Source: an uncultured virus (IMG/VR IMGVR_UViG_3300048581_000043) (lineage: Duplodnaviria > Heunggongvirae > Uroviricota > Caudoviricetes). Taken from it: 64,000 bases of DNA. The position numbers and the translations under genes are program-made. Within the stretch, counting starts at the first letter, position 1. Each line of letters starts with the position of its first letter. The stretch is taken from IMG/VR virus record IMGVR_UViG_3300048581_000043; one strand, given 5' to 3'. The notes below the pieces were generated by a model, which saw only the letters and a program-made list of their open reading frames with translations, did no database searches and was not told where the DNA came from. Positions 8,768 to 18,948 of this stretch are shown here, piece after piece.

Positions 8768-10075
8768 TTATTTCAGTTTAACTTCCTTCTCTTCAAATTC
8801 TGGCAACACTTGAATAATCTTATCTAATGAAGAATTAAGCTCGCTTCCATTTAGATAGATCAGTCGGTTATCTCCTATGGCATATTCTGGCGTGGACTCA
8901 TATAACAAGTGTCCTCTTACACCGCTCCTAATGCCAATAGATTGAGCGAACATTCCAGGTGGCAATAACGGACCATTGATTGCCAATTTACAATATTCGT
9001 CAACATACAAAATTCCTGGCGTGTGAACATGACCTAGATGATGCACCTCAAAAGGCTTACGTCCATCCTGAATTTCCTTGTTATTCAAAACAAGTACTTG
9101 ATGTAAAATATCTTTAACATTCAAGGTTTTCCCAGGATTAGGTACCGTGGTAAACAAATCTCCATGTCCACCATGAATCCTATGATCAAACAAATCATAA
9201 GCGATTTCTGGTTTCAAGGAGATATGTATTTTTACATTACTATTTTTATGCTCTAGCTCTTGTTTAAGGATTAAAGCAATAATAGATGAAAAGGATTGAA
9301 CCTGCCTATCATGAATAGCCCGCTTAGGATGAATCATTGGATTTCGATCATGATTACCAGCAACCCAAAATACATCTACTTCACGATAGCCCGCAGACAA
9401 ATGAGCAAAAGCTTGTCTCAACAAAGATGTACAACGTATAATTTGCAATGGTACCGGAATAGCTCCGTTATAACCATGCAACATATTCTCAATAAGATCA
9501 CCTATAATATTGATAATTAAACGAGTATTATCACGATGGTCTGTCTTATAATCGAGAACTGTCTTAACCAGAAAAGCTACGGCTCTAGCCTCTTCTACTG
9601 GACCAAACTTAACACCTGACTCTTCAGGCACCAAGTTAGTACCAATATGCCAATCGCCCCATAAAGATGTAACCGCTCTATTAATTGATGTAACTTTACT
9701 AGGCTTATATGGCTTCACATCAACAGTAGGAAGCTTATGCACTTCTCCCATAATCATGTCTAAATAATAACGGAAAGAAGACATTTCTGCTTCTGTTGCA
9801 TTATGAGACTTTTGATATTCTTTAAGAGAGAACTTAGAAACCGCATCGATAGGAGCTGGAAAATAAGAGCGCTTAACGTCATTCCACAAGCCAGATCTAA
9901 TAAACTGTTGTAAAAGACCCGACTCTTTCTTTTGAGAGTTGGTCAAATAAATATTCCATGGAAGATTCCAGGCTTCCCAACCAGTTTTCTTAGCAGTTTC
10001 AGCAATATCTGTAGCAAACAGATCAGTAATATTTACTCGATGATCAATTGTAGTTGCAGTCTTCTTAATACTCAT
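8768..10075 (-). CDS. Calcineurin-like metallophosphoesterase
   Basis: GDWH, IGD, AGNHD, HGD, GHVH motifs. Confidence 0.8.
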   Translation of the reverse strand: MSIKKTATTIDHRVNITDLFATDIAETAKKTGWEAWNLPWNIYLTNSQKKESGLLQQFIRSGLWNDVKRSYFPAPIDAVSKFSLKEYQKSHNATEAEMSSFRYYLDMIMGEVHKLPTVDVKPYKPSKVTSINRAVTSLWGDWHIGTNLVPEESGVKFGPVEEARAVAFLVKTVLDYKTDHRDNTRLIINIIGDLIENMLHGYNGAIPVPLQIIRCTSLLRQAFAHLSAGYREVDVFWVAGNHDRNPMIHPKRAIHDRQVQSFSSIIALILKQELEHKNSNVKIHISLKPEIAYDLFDHRIHGGHGDLFTTVPNPGKTLNVKDILHQVLVLNNKEIQDGRKPFEVHHLGHVHTPGILYVDEYCKLAINGPLLPPGMFAQSIGIRSGVRGHLLYESTPEYAIGDNRLIYLNGSELNSSLDKIIQVLPEFEEKEVKLK

Positions 10076-10107
10076 TTCTTTCCCTTCTCCTATTATGATA
10101 ACTTATT

Positions 10108-13100
10108 TCACGAACAACCAGAAGTTGCACCACAATTTGTACATACTTCACATGTTCCACTTTGAACTAATGTTCCATCGCAAATAGAACATACGTTTCC
10201 TGTAGGTTTGTAATCGGTTTTAATCTTAACAGGTTCAATTACAGGAGTCAACTCTTTTTTGAGATAATTAATCTCTAAAAAGCGAGCCAAATAGTCAGAG
10301 AAACTCTTAGCAAATCTAATCTTGGGATTTGAAGTCATCCCTTGCGGTTCGTAAGAAGCTCCCTTAAGTTTATCAACAATGCTATCTAACGGAGCGCCAT
10401 GTTGCAAAGCAATAGAAGTCATTGTTGCAAAGGCGTCTAAAAGCCCGGAAACAGTAGACCCTTCTTTAGAGACATTAATAAATACTTCTCCAGGATGTCC
10501 ATCAGGATATAGTCCTACCGTTATGTATCCCTCATGTCCTTGTACTGAAAACTTATGCGTTAAGGCTTGTCTATTATCGGGAAGCTTTATTCTCTCAACA
10601 TATTGTATAGTAGACTCTTTTTTACCACCATCCTTGGTAGTATTCAAAGGCTGAGATTGTTTACATCCATCCCGGTAAAGAGCGATGCATTTAAGACCTT
10701 TTTCCCAGGCCATCATGTAAGCACTCTTAATATCTTCTACTGTAGCATTATTAGACATATTAACAGTTTTACTGATAGACCCAGAAATAAACGGTTGAAT
10801 AGCAGACAACATATTAATATGAGCCTGCCAATTAATTGAACGTTCTCCTCCAAAGGGTTTTAATGCAGTATCGAATACGGGAAGATGTTTTTTATCAAGA
10901 AATAAAGAAGCTTCTAAACTTCCCTTGTTTTCAATTTCTGCAACCATGTTCTTAATTGCCGCATCATCATATCCTAAACGCTTAAGGGCATATGGAACGC
11001 TTTTGTTTATATACTTAACTGTTCCTCCGCCTATCAATCTTTTATATTTTATTAACGCAATATCTGGTTCTACACCAAATGTATCACAATCCATTTGTAA
11101 CCCGATTGTTCCAGTAGGAGCAATAACTGTAACCATAGAATTGCGAAGACCATATCGGTCTATTAAATCAGTTAAATCAATCCAAGAATTGTAGTCAGTA
11201 TTATATGTATCGGCAGCTAACAAATGCTTTTGTATAATATCTAACATAGATTCTTTATTCTTTTCATAAGCTCCAAAAGGCCCTAACTGTTTGGCTACCT
11301 TAGCAGAAGCAGTATAAGCTCCATTAGTCATGGTGCTAGCTAAAAGAGAAGCTAAATGACAAGCTTCAAAACTGTCATAAGCCAGTCCTTCCCTCATAAC
11401 TAAAGCGCCAAAATTAGCAAAACCCAATCCAATTTGACGATAATTACGAACATTTTTTGTAATTGTATCAGAAGGGAAAGAGGCATTATCAATAAGTACG
11501 TCAAGACAAACAGCAATAAATTGGCTTGCTTTCCAAAACAATTCCCAATTTATAAAATAGGTAAAGTTTGAATCATCAGTCAAAAACTTTAAAAGATTAA
11601 TTGAAGCAAGATTACAAGCAGTATTGTCTACTGCATGAAACTCTGAACAATTAGAAACTAGACTTCCTGAAGTCCAATAAGAATGATCGGAACAAGCCAC
11701 AGTTATATCATAAACTGGCTTTTCTCCTAAAAATTCTCTTTCAATAATATCATGCGTTATCTTATTTGCTCTGACATCCAACCGAGTTTCTTTAATTAAA
11801 TCGAACATTTTTTGAGTTTTATATGGTTGTATAAAACCGATTAAATTAGCGAAAAGTTTTCGGTCCTTGGTAATATTAATATCATAACTTTCTTTACACG
11901 TATAGGTCCCATTCAAAAATTTTACATAATGGGCTTTATTGGTTGTAAAATAAGTTGATATACCCAATGAAGAAAGTGCGATTTGAATATCTTCTACTAG
12001 TCCTTTACTGCTGGTTTTAAAAGTTACTCTTCCATCACAAATTGACCCATTAGCAGAATAAAGCCCTCTTAAAAAGCTGCATAAGACATAAGGCTTAGCT
12101 TGCAAAAATCTTTTTGGAATTCTTCTGTCAAAAGTCTTGGGTATTTCGTCATTTGTCAAAGTAGTAGTTACACGAAAAGCTTTTTTATCAAAAGGTTTAT
12201 GAATAAAAAACTCAGAAATTCCTGAACTTTTATCAAAATAAGATTGATCTTTTTCTCCAATATAAAGCAAAGGAACAATCCACTTGTTTTTATTAGATTT
12301 CTTAAGTCCTCCATCTCCAAGAACTAAACCATCCATTACTGTTTGAGAGTCATAAGAAATATTTTCTAAATTTTTATGACCAATAGCGATATCAATGCCT
12401 TGTGCAAGGCCAACTTCTTGGCGTTTTCCACTTTCGAATATTTTATGATTTTTAGTACCAATAAAAAAACCAGAAGTAGTTCTATATTTGTAAACTTCTT
12501 TGATGCCAGTAGAAACCTTATTAACAACTTTGGTCCATTCTTTACCAGACCAAATAGTATCTCCTATAGCAATGTCTCCTATTGTAACAATGCCATTAGG
12601 TGTTAAAAGCGGAGCTTCTGCTGGTTGGCAAGGATTTGATCCATTAATTCTTCCTTCTTGTTTAAGAGTATTCCAGAGATTAATCTCAGTATCAAATTGT
12701 AAACCTGGATCACCTGATATCCAAGCTGCTTCAGCAATCTTATCAAAAACCTTGCGTGCTTTTAAAGTAGAAACAACCTTTCCTGTATGAGGAGAGATAA
12801 GTTTCCAATTTTCATCTTTTTTAACAGCCTGCATAAAATCATTTGTTACACGCACACTATGATTTGCATTTTGATAAGCAACAGAAGCATATGCTCCATT
12901 TTCATCAGCAAAGTCAGAAGAAAGTCCGCCTTCAATAAGGATCTTAACTTTCTTTTCTTCAAGCGTTTTACAATTAATAAAGTCAAGAATGTCGGGATGA
13001 TCAACATTAAGAACCGCGAGGTGAGCCGCCCTTCTTGTTTTTCCTCCTGATTTTATTGAACCCCCAATAGTATCGTGAGCTTTAATAAATGGCAATACTC

Positions 13101-13692
13101 CACTAGAACTTCCTCCGCCACTAAGTTTTTCACCTTTGCCGCGTAGAGGAGAATAGTTAATGCCACTACCGGAACCGTACTTGTAAATCATTCCAATCAA
13201 AGAACCTGTATCAAGAATAGACTCCATAGTATCTTCGATACCAACTATATAACAGGCGCTAATTCTAGGACTTGGTTCTTGAATACCAACATTAAACCAA
13301 ACAGGTGAATTAAATGAAAAGTATTGACCCAATAGAAGACGTTCAAGCAATTTACTAAATACTTTTGTCTTATCTTCTTCAATATAATGCTGTTTTAAAG
13401 CTTGGGCAGTAATGTAAGAAACAATACGGTTAACCATTTGAAATACGGAGGTCTCAGGATTTTTACCCTTGCGGAAAAACTTTTCTGCTGCAATACGAAC
13501 AGCATCATCTGACCAACTTATAGGAGCTACAACATCGTTTAATTCAAATATAACTTTACCAGTAGCATCCTTTAAACTAACATTAACCTTTTTAGTATCC
13601 ATATATATAGGATCTTGAATATGAATTAAAATATCATACAAGTCGTCTGTTAGGTTAGAAATAAAAATAGAATCCTGTACGGAGTCAGACAT
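10108..13692 (-). CDS. nrdJ: Class II (B12-dependent) ribonucleotide reductase with intein and C-terminal TSCPD/Zn-ribbon region
   Basis: FNSPVWFN, SACY, GGKTRRAA, NPC..CSEF, CNLASINL, IAPTGTIG, SISKTVN, YRDGCK motifs. Confidence 0.95.
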   Translation of the reverse strand: MSDSVQDSIFISNLTDDLYDILIHIQDPIYMDTKKVNVSLKDATGKVIFELNDVVAPISWSDDAVRIAAEKFFRKGKNPETSVFQMVNRIVSYITAQALKQHYIEEDKTKVFSKLLERLLLGQYFSFNSPVWFNVGIQEPSPRISACYIVGIEDTMESILDTGSLIGMIYKYGSGSGINYSPLRGKGEKLSGGGSSSGVLPFIKAHDTIGGSIKSGGKTRRAAHLAVLNVDHPDILDFINCKTLEEKKVKILIEGGLSSDFADENGAYASVAYQNANHSVRVTNDFMQAVKKDENWKLISPHTGKVVSTLKARKVFDKIAEAAWISGDPGLQFDTEINLWNTLKQEGRINGSNPCQPAEAPLLTPNGIVTIGDIAIGDTIWSGKEWTKVVNKVSTGIKEVYKYRTTSGFFIGTKNHKIFESGKRQEVGLAQGIDIAIGHKNLENISYDSQTVMDGLVLGDGGLKKSNKNKWIVPLLYIGEKDQSYFDKSSGISEFFIHKPFDKKAFRVTTTLTNDEIPKTFDRRIPKRFLQAKPYVLCSFLRGLYSANGSICDGRVTFKTSSKGLVEDIQIALSSLGISTYFTTNKAHYVKFLNGTYTCKESYDINITKDRKLFANLIGFIQPYKTQKMFDLIKETRLDVRANKITHDIIEREFLGEKPVYDITVACSDHSYWTSGSLVSNCSEFHAVDNTACNLASINLLKFLTDDSNFTYFINWELFWKASQFIAVCLDVLIDNASFPSDTITKNVRNYRQIGLGFANFGALVMREGLAYDSFEACHLASLLASTMTNGAYTASAKVAKQLGPFGAYEKNKESMLDIIQKHLLAADTYNTDYNSWIDLTDLIDRYGLRNSMVTVIAPTGTIGLQMDCDTFGVEPDIALIKYKRLIGGGTVKYINKSVPYALKRLGYDDAAIKNMVAEIENKGSLEASLFLDKKHLPVFDTALKPFGGERSINWQAHINMLSAIQPFISGSISKTVNMSNNATVEDIKSAYMMAWEKGLKCIALYRDGCKQSQPLNTTKDGGKKESTIQYVERIKLPDNRQALTHKFSVQGHEGYITVGLYPDGHPGEVFINVSKEGSTVSGLLDAFATMTSIALQHGAPLDSIVDKLKGASYEPQGMTSNPKIRFAKSFSDYLARFLEINYLKKELTPVIEPVKIKTDYKPTGNVCSICDGTLVQSGTCEVCTNCGATSGCS
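11650..12630 (-). mobile_element. Intein (~327 aa) with LAGLIDADG homing endonuclease, in the RNR active-site NPC motif
   Basis: Begins CQPAEAP after GSNP and ends VYDITV...LVSN before CSEF; internal GLVLGDG and FLRGLYSANG motifs. Confidence 0.92.
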
Positions 13693-14730
13693 TGGCTTCT
13701 CCTGGGTTATTTTTAAATTTAGGTTGTGGACTTAAATTTTATTTTGCTGTACTTTAAACTTAAATTCTTTAGATGTCAACCAGTTAATTAACTTTGTAGG
13801 ATCGCCTGTTCCAGATAATTGAATCTGTAAGGGATCAATAGATTCATTTCTAGCTAAACGAGAAGCACGTTCAAGATAAAAAGGACCAATAGGTTCTTTT
13901 ATGAATTCAAGAACCTCAGGAGTATAAAGTTGTGTTTTTAGATCCCTTATTAACAACCAAAGTTGATTAACTTTCTCATCTACTTTTGAACCATCTACGC
14001 CATTCTTTTTATTTTTAGCCCATTCAATCCAAGCAGTAGATCGTTTTAACTCTTGAGGTAAATCGATTATAATAATAGTTCTATCAACAGTACTTAATTC
14101 CATATTACCTCTTAGAAATCACCGCTTGGAACACCGCTAGGTGAAATTACTAGATTTTCTAATCCTGGTACATCACTTAATAAAGTTGGGGTTTCAAAAA
14201 CCCGATGACAAGTAAAACACCACCAGGAACTGTATGTTAAAAACCCCAATGCTCCATACATATCGGCTTGTAAATATTGACCATCAATTTCAGTTATAGA
14301 AGAAGCTGGCCAATGTATATCCGTAGAATTACAACGGGGACAAGCTTTCTTACCATGAATAGGAAGTCCAGTTTGACTAGACCAACCATAAGCTTGATAA
14401 TCGTTACCAATTGACATTAGGATACCTCATAAGATATTCTAACATTCTAGCGATCCGCATCCTCTAAAAAATCTTTAACACTAAACTCGACATATGTTCT
14501 AACACCATTTCCTTTAAGGGGAATAGTTATTGCTCCGCAACGCAATTGTCTAAAACGTTCAATATGTTGAGCGTGCCATGCATCAGGTAATGCTGATTTT
14601 AATCTATTAATGGCAACATTTAGATGGGTTGTTGAATCTAAACCCTTCCAAACTATACCTCCATCAAAAGAAAAAATAGGTACATAGATTTTATCTGAAT
14701 AATCACCGGGTAGAGTAGGCTCTAATTGGT

Positions 14731-15078
14731 TCATATACCATGATGCCCTTCTGCTCTAAAGCGTTCTTCAATCCATTCATTTAATAAATAAGGAACCGAA
14801 TTATCGGAAGCACTATTGATAACTAAAGCCCCCTTGGGAGGATTATAAGCATCCCCTTCCCAAGTAGTCGAAGTCTCATTAAGTTTCCCGTTTGAAATAA
14901 AAGGTTCTTGAAAAACATCTTCAAATGACCTACGTTCTTCTTCATCTCCAAAAAATTTGTAATAAGAATCTAACAGTTGATGTAAAAGTTCTGAGGCTTG
15001 TTCAACTGTTACAGTTGGATTGTAACAAATAAAAGAACTTGAGGAACTGTTACTTACAAAACCCATTCTTATTTTCAT
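14731..15078 (-). CDS. MKIRxGFVSNSSS-family protein
   Basis: N-terminus MKIRMGFVSNSSSSSF. Confidence 0.75.
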   Translation of the reverse strand: MKIRMGFVSNSSSSSFICYNPTVTVEQASELLHQLLDSYYKFFGDEEERRSFEDVFQEPFISNGKLNETSTTWEGDAYNPPKGALVINSASDNSVPYLLNEWIEERFRAEGHHGI

Positions 15079-15081
15079 AGT

Positions 15082-15453
15082 TCACCCATTATACCAAGAA
15101 TCAGAACGTTCTGCAACCTCAAACTTCTCTATTTTACTACCTAACACTTCTATAAGTAAGGCTTTAGTTCTTTGCTTGAATTGTGCCTTAGTCTCATCAT
15201 CATGCATTTCAGAAAATTCTAGACCAAGATAACTACCTGTACTATCTGGAGGAGTATGTACAGAAATTTTTCCATCAGAACAGATATCATCAAGAAACTC
15301 CCGAGTTTCACGATCTCCATTGTTGACTCTTGGATCTTTCTCTGAATCTAAAGAAGTAATAATCTCTTTAATTTCTTTTTCATCAAGGTAAACACCATAG
15401 ATATTAAATGAACAAGAGCTTGAATTGCTTACAAAACCTGTTCTGATTTTCAT
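15082..15453 (-). CDS. MKIRxGFVSNSSS-family protein
   Basis: N-terminus MKIRTGFVSNSSSCSF. Confidence 0.75.
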   Translation of the reverse strand: MKIRTGFVSNSSSCSFNIYGVYLDEKEIKEIITSLDSEKDPRVNNGDRETREFLDDICSDGKISVHTPPDSTGSYLGLEFSEMHDDETKAQFKQRTKALLIEVLGSKIEKFEVAERSDSWYNG

Positions 15454-16850
15454 TAATTCCTCACTTTATTTTTAATAATTAATAGATAATAGTTGGACCA
15501 TACGGCTCAATAGGCCATTGAGGAGATGCAGGATAAGGATAATATCCTTGTCTACAAGGACAAACATTTACATAAGGAGAAACTCCAGCCCCACATCTAG
15601 GACAAGTCCATCCTACAAGGTACTTAATTCCATCAATATCTGATGCTTTAACTTCAGCATGCGCGTCCGATTTTTTATTCTTCATGTTGACAACCTCCAA
15701 GTATTAACCCTAAAAGTAGAATATCCAATCTGAATACTTTATGCTTTGGTGAAAATCCCATTGCTAAAAGATATCCACTCGAATTGTCTTGTAATACAAT
15801 CTCCCCAAAATAGATGCCAAAGAAATCATCTATTCCCCAGTTGAACCCGCACAGATTAAACATGAACATGTTTCCTCCTAACTGTTTTCAACTCAGTATC
15901 AATAGATTTTGGGGTTATGTACTGCCGTTTTAAGACCTTGACAATGTACTGTTCTAGGAAGGGGAGCTACGGTACTAAACATTACCGTATTACCACAATT
16001 AGAGCAGGGCTTAGTATAACCAATCAAATCACTAGCAATAGCTAGAGGAACATCAAGTCCATTCTCGAATACTGCTCCAGTTTTAAGACCAGCAGCCGAT
16101 GGAAAAGAAACAGCCTCACTACAAGAAGGACATTTAATTTTGACTATATCTGATTGCATTTCTTCTCCTTACACCTTTTTTATTTAATTCGCACATTACA
16201 AAAACTTGTTTAACATATCCGGTATTTTTATATTCTTCAAGAATCATCACTTGTACATCACTCAATATTATATAACCAGCTATACTTAAAGAAAGCCATT
16301 CCATAGGTGTAAAACTACCATCATAAAAAGGTTTTTTCAAAGCTATTTGACAATGTTTAAACTTACTAAAGTTTAACCGCTTAATAATTCTACGTCTTAT
16401 AAAAAATCTTTTAATAATGCCACGAATTATATTAACCGGATAATTAAAATATTTATGGTATATAAAGTAAGATAAAAATACCCATACTAAAAGACCAAAT
16501 AGGTAAGTTGCTTCTTTAAAAATAGATAATATTATAGCCATGGCTGGTCTAATTCCCCTTTAACTTGACTCCAAATTAAGTCAGTTCGAAAAGCCAAATC
16601 AGCCCACTCTCTATGATCAGCGCAATAAATAACAGAAGCATTATTTATTTCTTCAAATGACATCTTATGTCCAGCAGTTTGAAAAAGTGCTGCGGTTAGA
16701 CAGACATAAAGTGCAGCCTTATCTTCCCGCAGTCCTTTAATGACGTCTTCCTTACGACTAATCTCGGTTTGATATTGTCGTTTCATATGTTGGCCATTTA
16801 CATGACCAAAAAATAATACCAGCAGTACAACGGCAAACCAAACCAAGTGT

Positions 16851-17381
16851 TTAGTCATTATAGAAGCCTCCTTCAAGAACAATGGCAGCTTTAAACAGTT
16901 CTTCTAGAACTATAAGTTGCCATTCAGAGAGTGGAACCATTACATTTTGAGAACGAGCTTCCGCTCCTTCTTTGGACTTTTTAGTAATTGTAAAGACATA
17001 ACCATATTCTTTACCCTTAGCTAAAGTGGCCGTTGTAACAAGTTGACCCTCTTGCGATGTACCTTTGTGACGATCATGCCAAAGCATAAAAGCTATCGGC
17101 TTTCCATGCCTGTCATTTTGTACAAAGTCATGCTTAATTCCTTGAAGAAATAAGCCAAGGTCAGAAATCGAAAGAGCCATTGAGATTTTATTTTCCCAAT
17201 CGCCCTTTTTAGTAGTGGGATCAAGAACGGTAGCAGCCTCAAGGAATACCACGTACTCCCCATGCTTAATATCATCCTTGCGCTTATCATCGTACTCAGT
17301 CCAAGCCAACTTTAATTGGATTGCACCCTTAGTACCATAGATTGCCCACTGACGATTCTTAACCAATCTGCGCTCTGCCAT
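16851..17381 (-). CDS. Whirly-like ssDNA-binding protein
   Basis: IYGTKGAIQL, DWENKISMALSISDLG, WHDRHKGTSQEG and VPLSxxQLIVL parallel plant Whirly motifs recalled from memory (YKGKAAL, DWxxKQxFxLSxxExG, FHDPxKGxSxEG). Confidence 0.6.
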   Translation of the reverse strand: MAERRLVKNRQWAIYGTKGAIQLKLAWTEYDDKRKDDIKHGEYVVFLEAATVLDPTTKKGDWENKISMALSISDLGLFLQGIKHDFVQNDRHGKPIAFMLWHDRHKGTSQEGQLVTTATLAKGKEYGYVFTITKKSKEGAEARSQNVMVPLSEWQLIVLEELFKAAIVLEGGFYND

Positions 17382-17411
17382 AAATTTTCTCCTAATCTTT
17401 CCAATTATTTA

Positions 17412-17540
17412 ATTTGGCGGCCCGACCCTACCATCAAGCCACATAGAGGCTATCCCAAACGGCATGAAGCCGTTTCCTCTTCCGTTACTTTCCCACCCCG
17501 GCCACACCCCGGCCACTCGTGCCTATAGAGCAGGAACGTC
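17412..17540 (-). ncRNA. Putative GC-rich small RNA of unknown family
   Basis: Non-coding and GC-rich; hairpin AAACGGC-TTCAT-GCCGTTT inside AGAGG/CCTCT; 11-nt tandem repeat; ends GCCGCCA. Confidence 0.4.
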
Positions 17541-17545
17541 TAAAT

Positions 17546-17610
17546 CGAACTTGATGGGATTTGAACCCATATCGCTTCATGAAAGCATCCTGCCGTTAGA
17601 AGACAAGTTC
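17546..17610 (-). tRNA. tRNA-like RNA with shortened anticodon arm (GCTT-TCATG-AAGC); pseudo-tRNA
   Basis: Acceptor GAACTTG/CAAGTTC, T arm ATGGG-TTCAAAT-CCCAT, D arm present; only ~65 nt. Confidence 0.6.
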
Positions 17611-17613
17611 ATA

Positions 17614-17706
17614 TGGTAGGCCCACTAGGACTCGAACCTAGATTGCGCCCCAATCAAGGGCTCAACGGGTATAAGCCGTTCGTCTTAACCATTAGACCAT
17701 GGGCCC
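17614..17706 (-). tRNA. tRNA-Ile(UAU) with long variable arm, CCA encoded
   Basis: Acceptor GGGCCCA/TGGGCCT, anticodon arm AACGG-CTTATAC-CCGTT, 22-nt variable region, T arm CTAGG-TTCGAGT-CCTAG, ACCA end. Confidence 0.88.
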
Positions 17707-17711
17707 AAATT

Positions 17712-17750
17712 AAAAAGCCTCCCTATGAAAATACCATAAGAAGGCTTTTA
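17712..17750. terminator. Intrinsic terminator-like hairpin after spoVG
   Basis: AAAAAGCCT...AGGCTTTT inverted repeat with A/T tails. Confidence 0.55.
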
Positions 17751-17759
17751 AGTCAACTA

Positions 17760-18179
17760 TTAAAAATCAGGATCATCTAAACTACCGGATTTAACTAATG
17801 CAGGTGTTACTTCATAAGCCGAAGTATCCTTTGGAGGAAACTCCATGCTTTGATCCGCTGATTGATCCACTGATTGATCTCCAGCAAACGCACTAAGAAT
17901 AGCATCCTTAATTCGTTGATCTAACAATTCACTAAAATAATTGTTAGCATCATATTTGTTCTTACCTGTTTTAATATCCTTAACGGGATTGCCTTGTTTG
18001 TCGATACGAGCTTTACTAGGAAAGCCTACAAAAGGACCCTTTCCGGTATCAACAACAGTAAAACTGTTAATTGTTACTTGATCGCCTTCTGTATCTACTA
18101 AAATAATACTACAAAACGCTTTTGTGTACTTGCCGATTCCCCAGTCCCCCCGGCGCATGTTTGTTACTTTGACTTCCAT
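17760..18179 (-). CDS. SpoVG-family nucleic-acid-binding protein
   Basis: KAFCSI...INSFTVVDTGKGPFVGFPS...KYD...IKDAILSAF, with an acidic tail. Confidence 0.8.
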   Translation of the reverse strand: MEVKVTNMRRGDWGIGKYTKAFCSIILVDTEGDQVTINSFTVVDTGKGPFVGFPSKARIDKQGNPVKDIKTGKNKYDANNYFSELLDQRIKDAILSAFAGDQSVDQSADQSMEFPPKDTSAYEVTPALVKSGSLDDPDF

Positions 18180-18948
18180 TTCTTAGTACTCTTTCCGGCC
18201 CTTTCATTTTAGGCCAATTTCTAGTAACGATTCTGTTAATAATGTTCCAATACTTCTTTGAACGACCATCTCTCCAACCACTATCACCGCCGTTATAAGC
18301 TTGTAAGGCAATTTCATAAGTCTTATAACGCTTTATTTTATAACCCATAATTTGGGCAGAGACATCAAGATTAACTAAAGGAAAGTCCCTTAACCATCTA
18401 GTCTCATAGTGTCTAAAGCCTTTCATCCTGAAGAATTGCCTTCCAGTATCTTCTTCAATTTGCCCCAAACCATAAGACCAGTTTCTTTCCTTAATCGGAT
18501 CAGACCCTATAGATTTGCACGTAGAGCCTGTAAAAAAGCCCGATTCATGTTGAACCATACCTCTGAACCAATAAACATTAACTCCATGTCTTAAAGGATA
18601 TTCAGTCATACCATATACCAATTGGCATACTTGATCATAAGAAATAGGAGTTTGTTTGGCATCCGAACGATCATCTTGCCGATAATGTTTTTCTATATAG
18701 GTATGTAACTTTGTTCTTTTTATATATAATTTTTGTTTACTATAATAATCAACATTTAACTTGTTGATATAATCAGTCCATTGTTGATCCATCCACACTA
18801 TCTCGCCTGAATAGGCAGAGACAAATGGAGTCAAACCTGCATGAGGTCCTTTAATAGGCCCCATTTCAAATGATAGTAAATCAAACGAATAACAGGTTGA
18901 GGCTATCAGCAACCCAGCTAGAGTCAGAAACATTCTGGCTAAACGCAT
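18109..18948 (-). CDS. Lytic transglycosylase (SLT domain) with N-terminal signal/anchor
   Basis: QHESG, GLGQI, ALQAYNGG motifs. Confidence 0.85.
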   Translation of the reverse strand: MRLARMFLTLAGLLIASTCYSFDLLSFEMGPIKGPHAGLTPFVSAYSGEIVWMDQQWTDYINKLNVDYYSKQKLYIKRTKLHTYIEKHYRQDDRSDAKQTPISYDQVCQLVYGMTEYPLRHGVNVYWFRGMVQHESGFFTGSTCKSIGSDPIKERNWSYGLGQIEEDTGRQFFRMKGFRHYETRWLRDFPLVNLDVSAQIMGYKIKRYKTYEIALQAYNGGDSGWRDGRSKKYWNIINRIVTRNWPKMKGPERVLRNGSQSNKHAPGGLGNRQVHKSVL

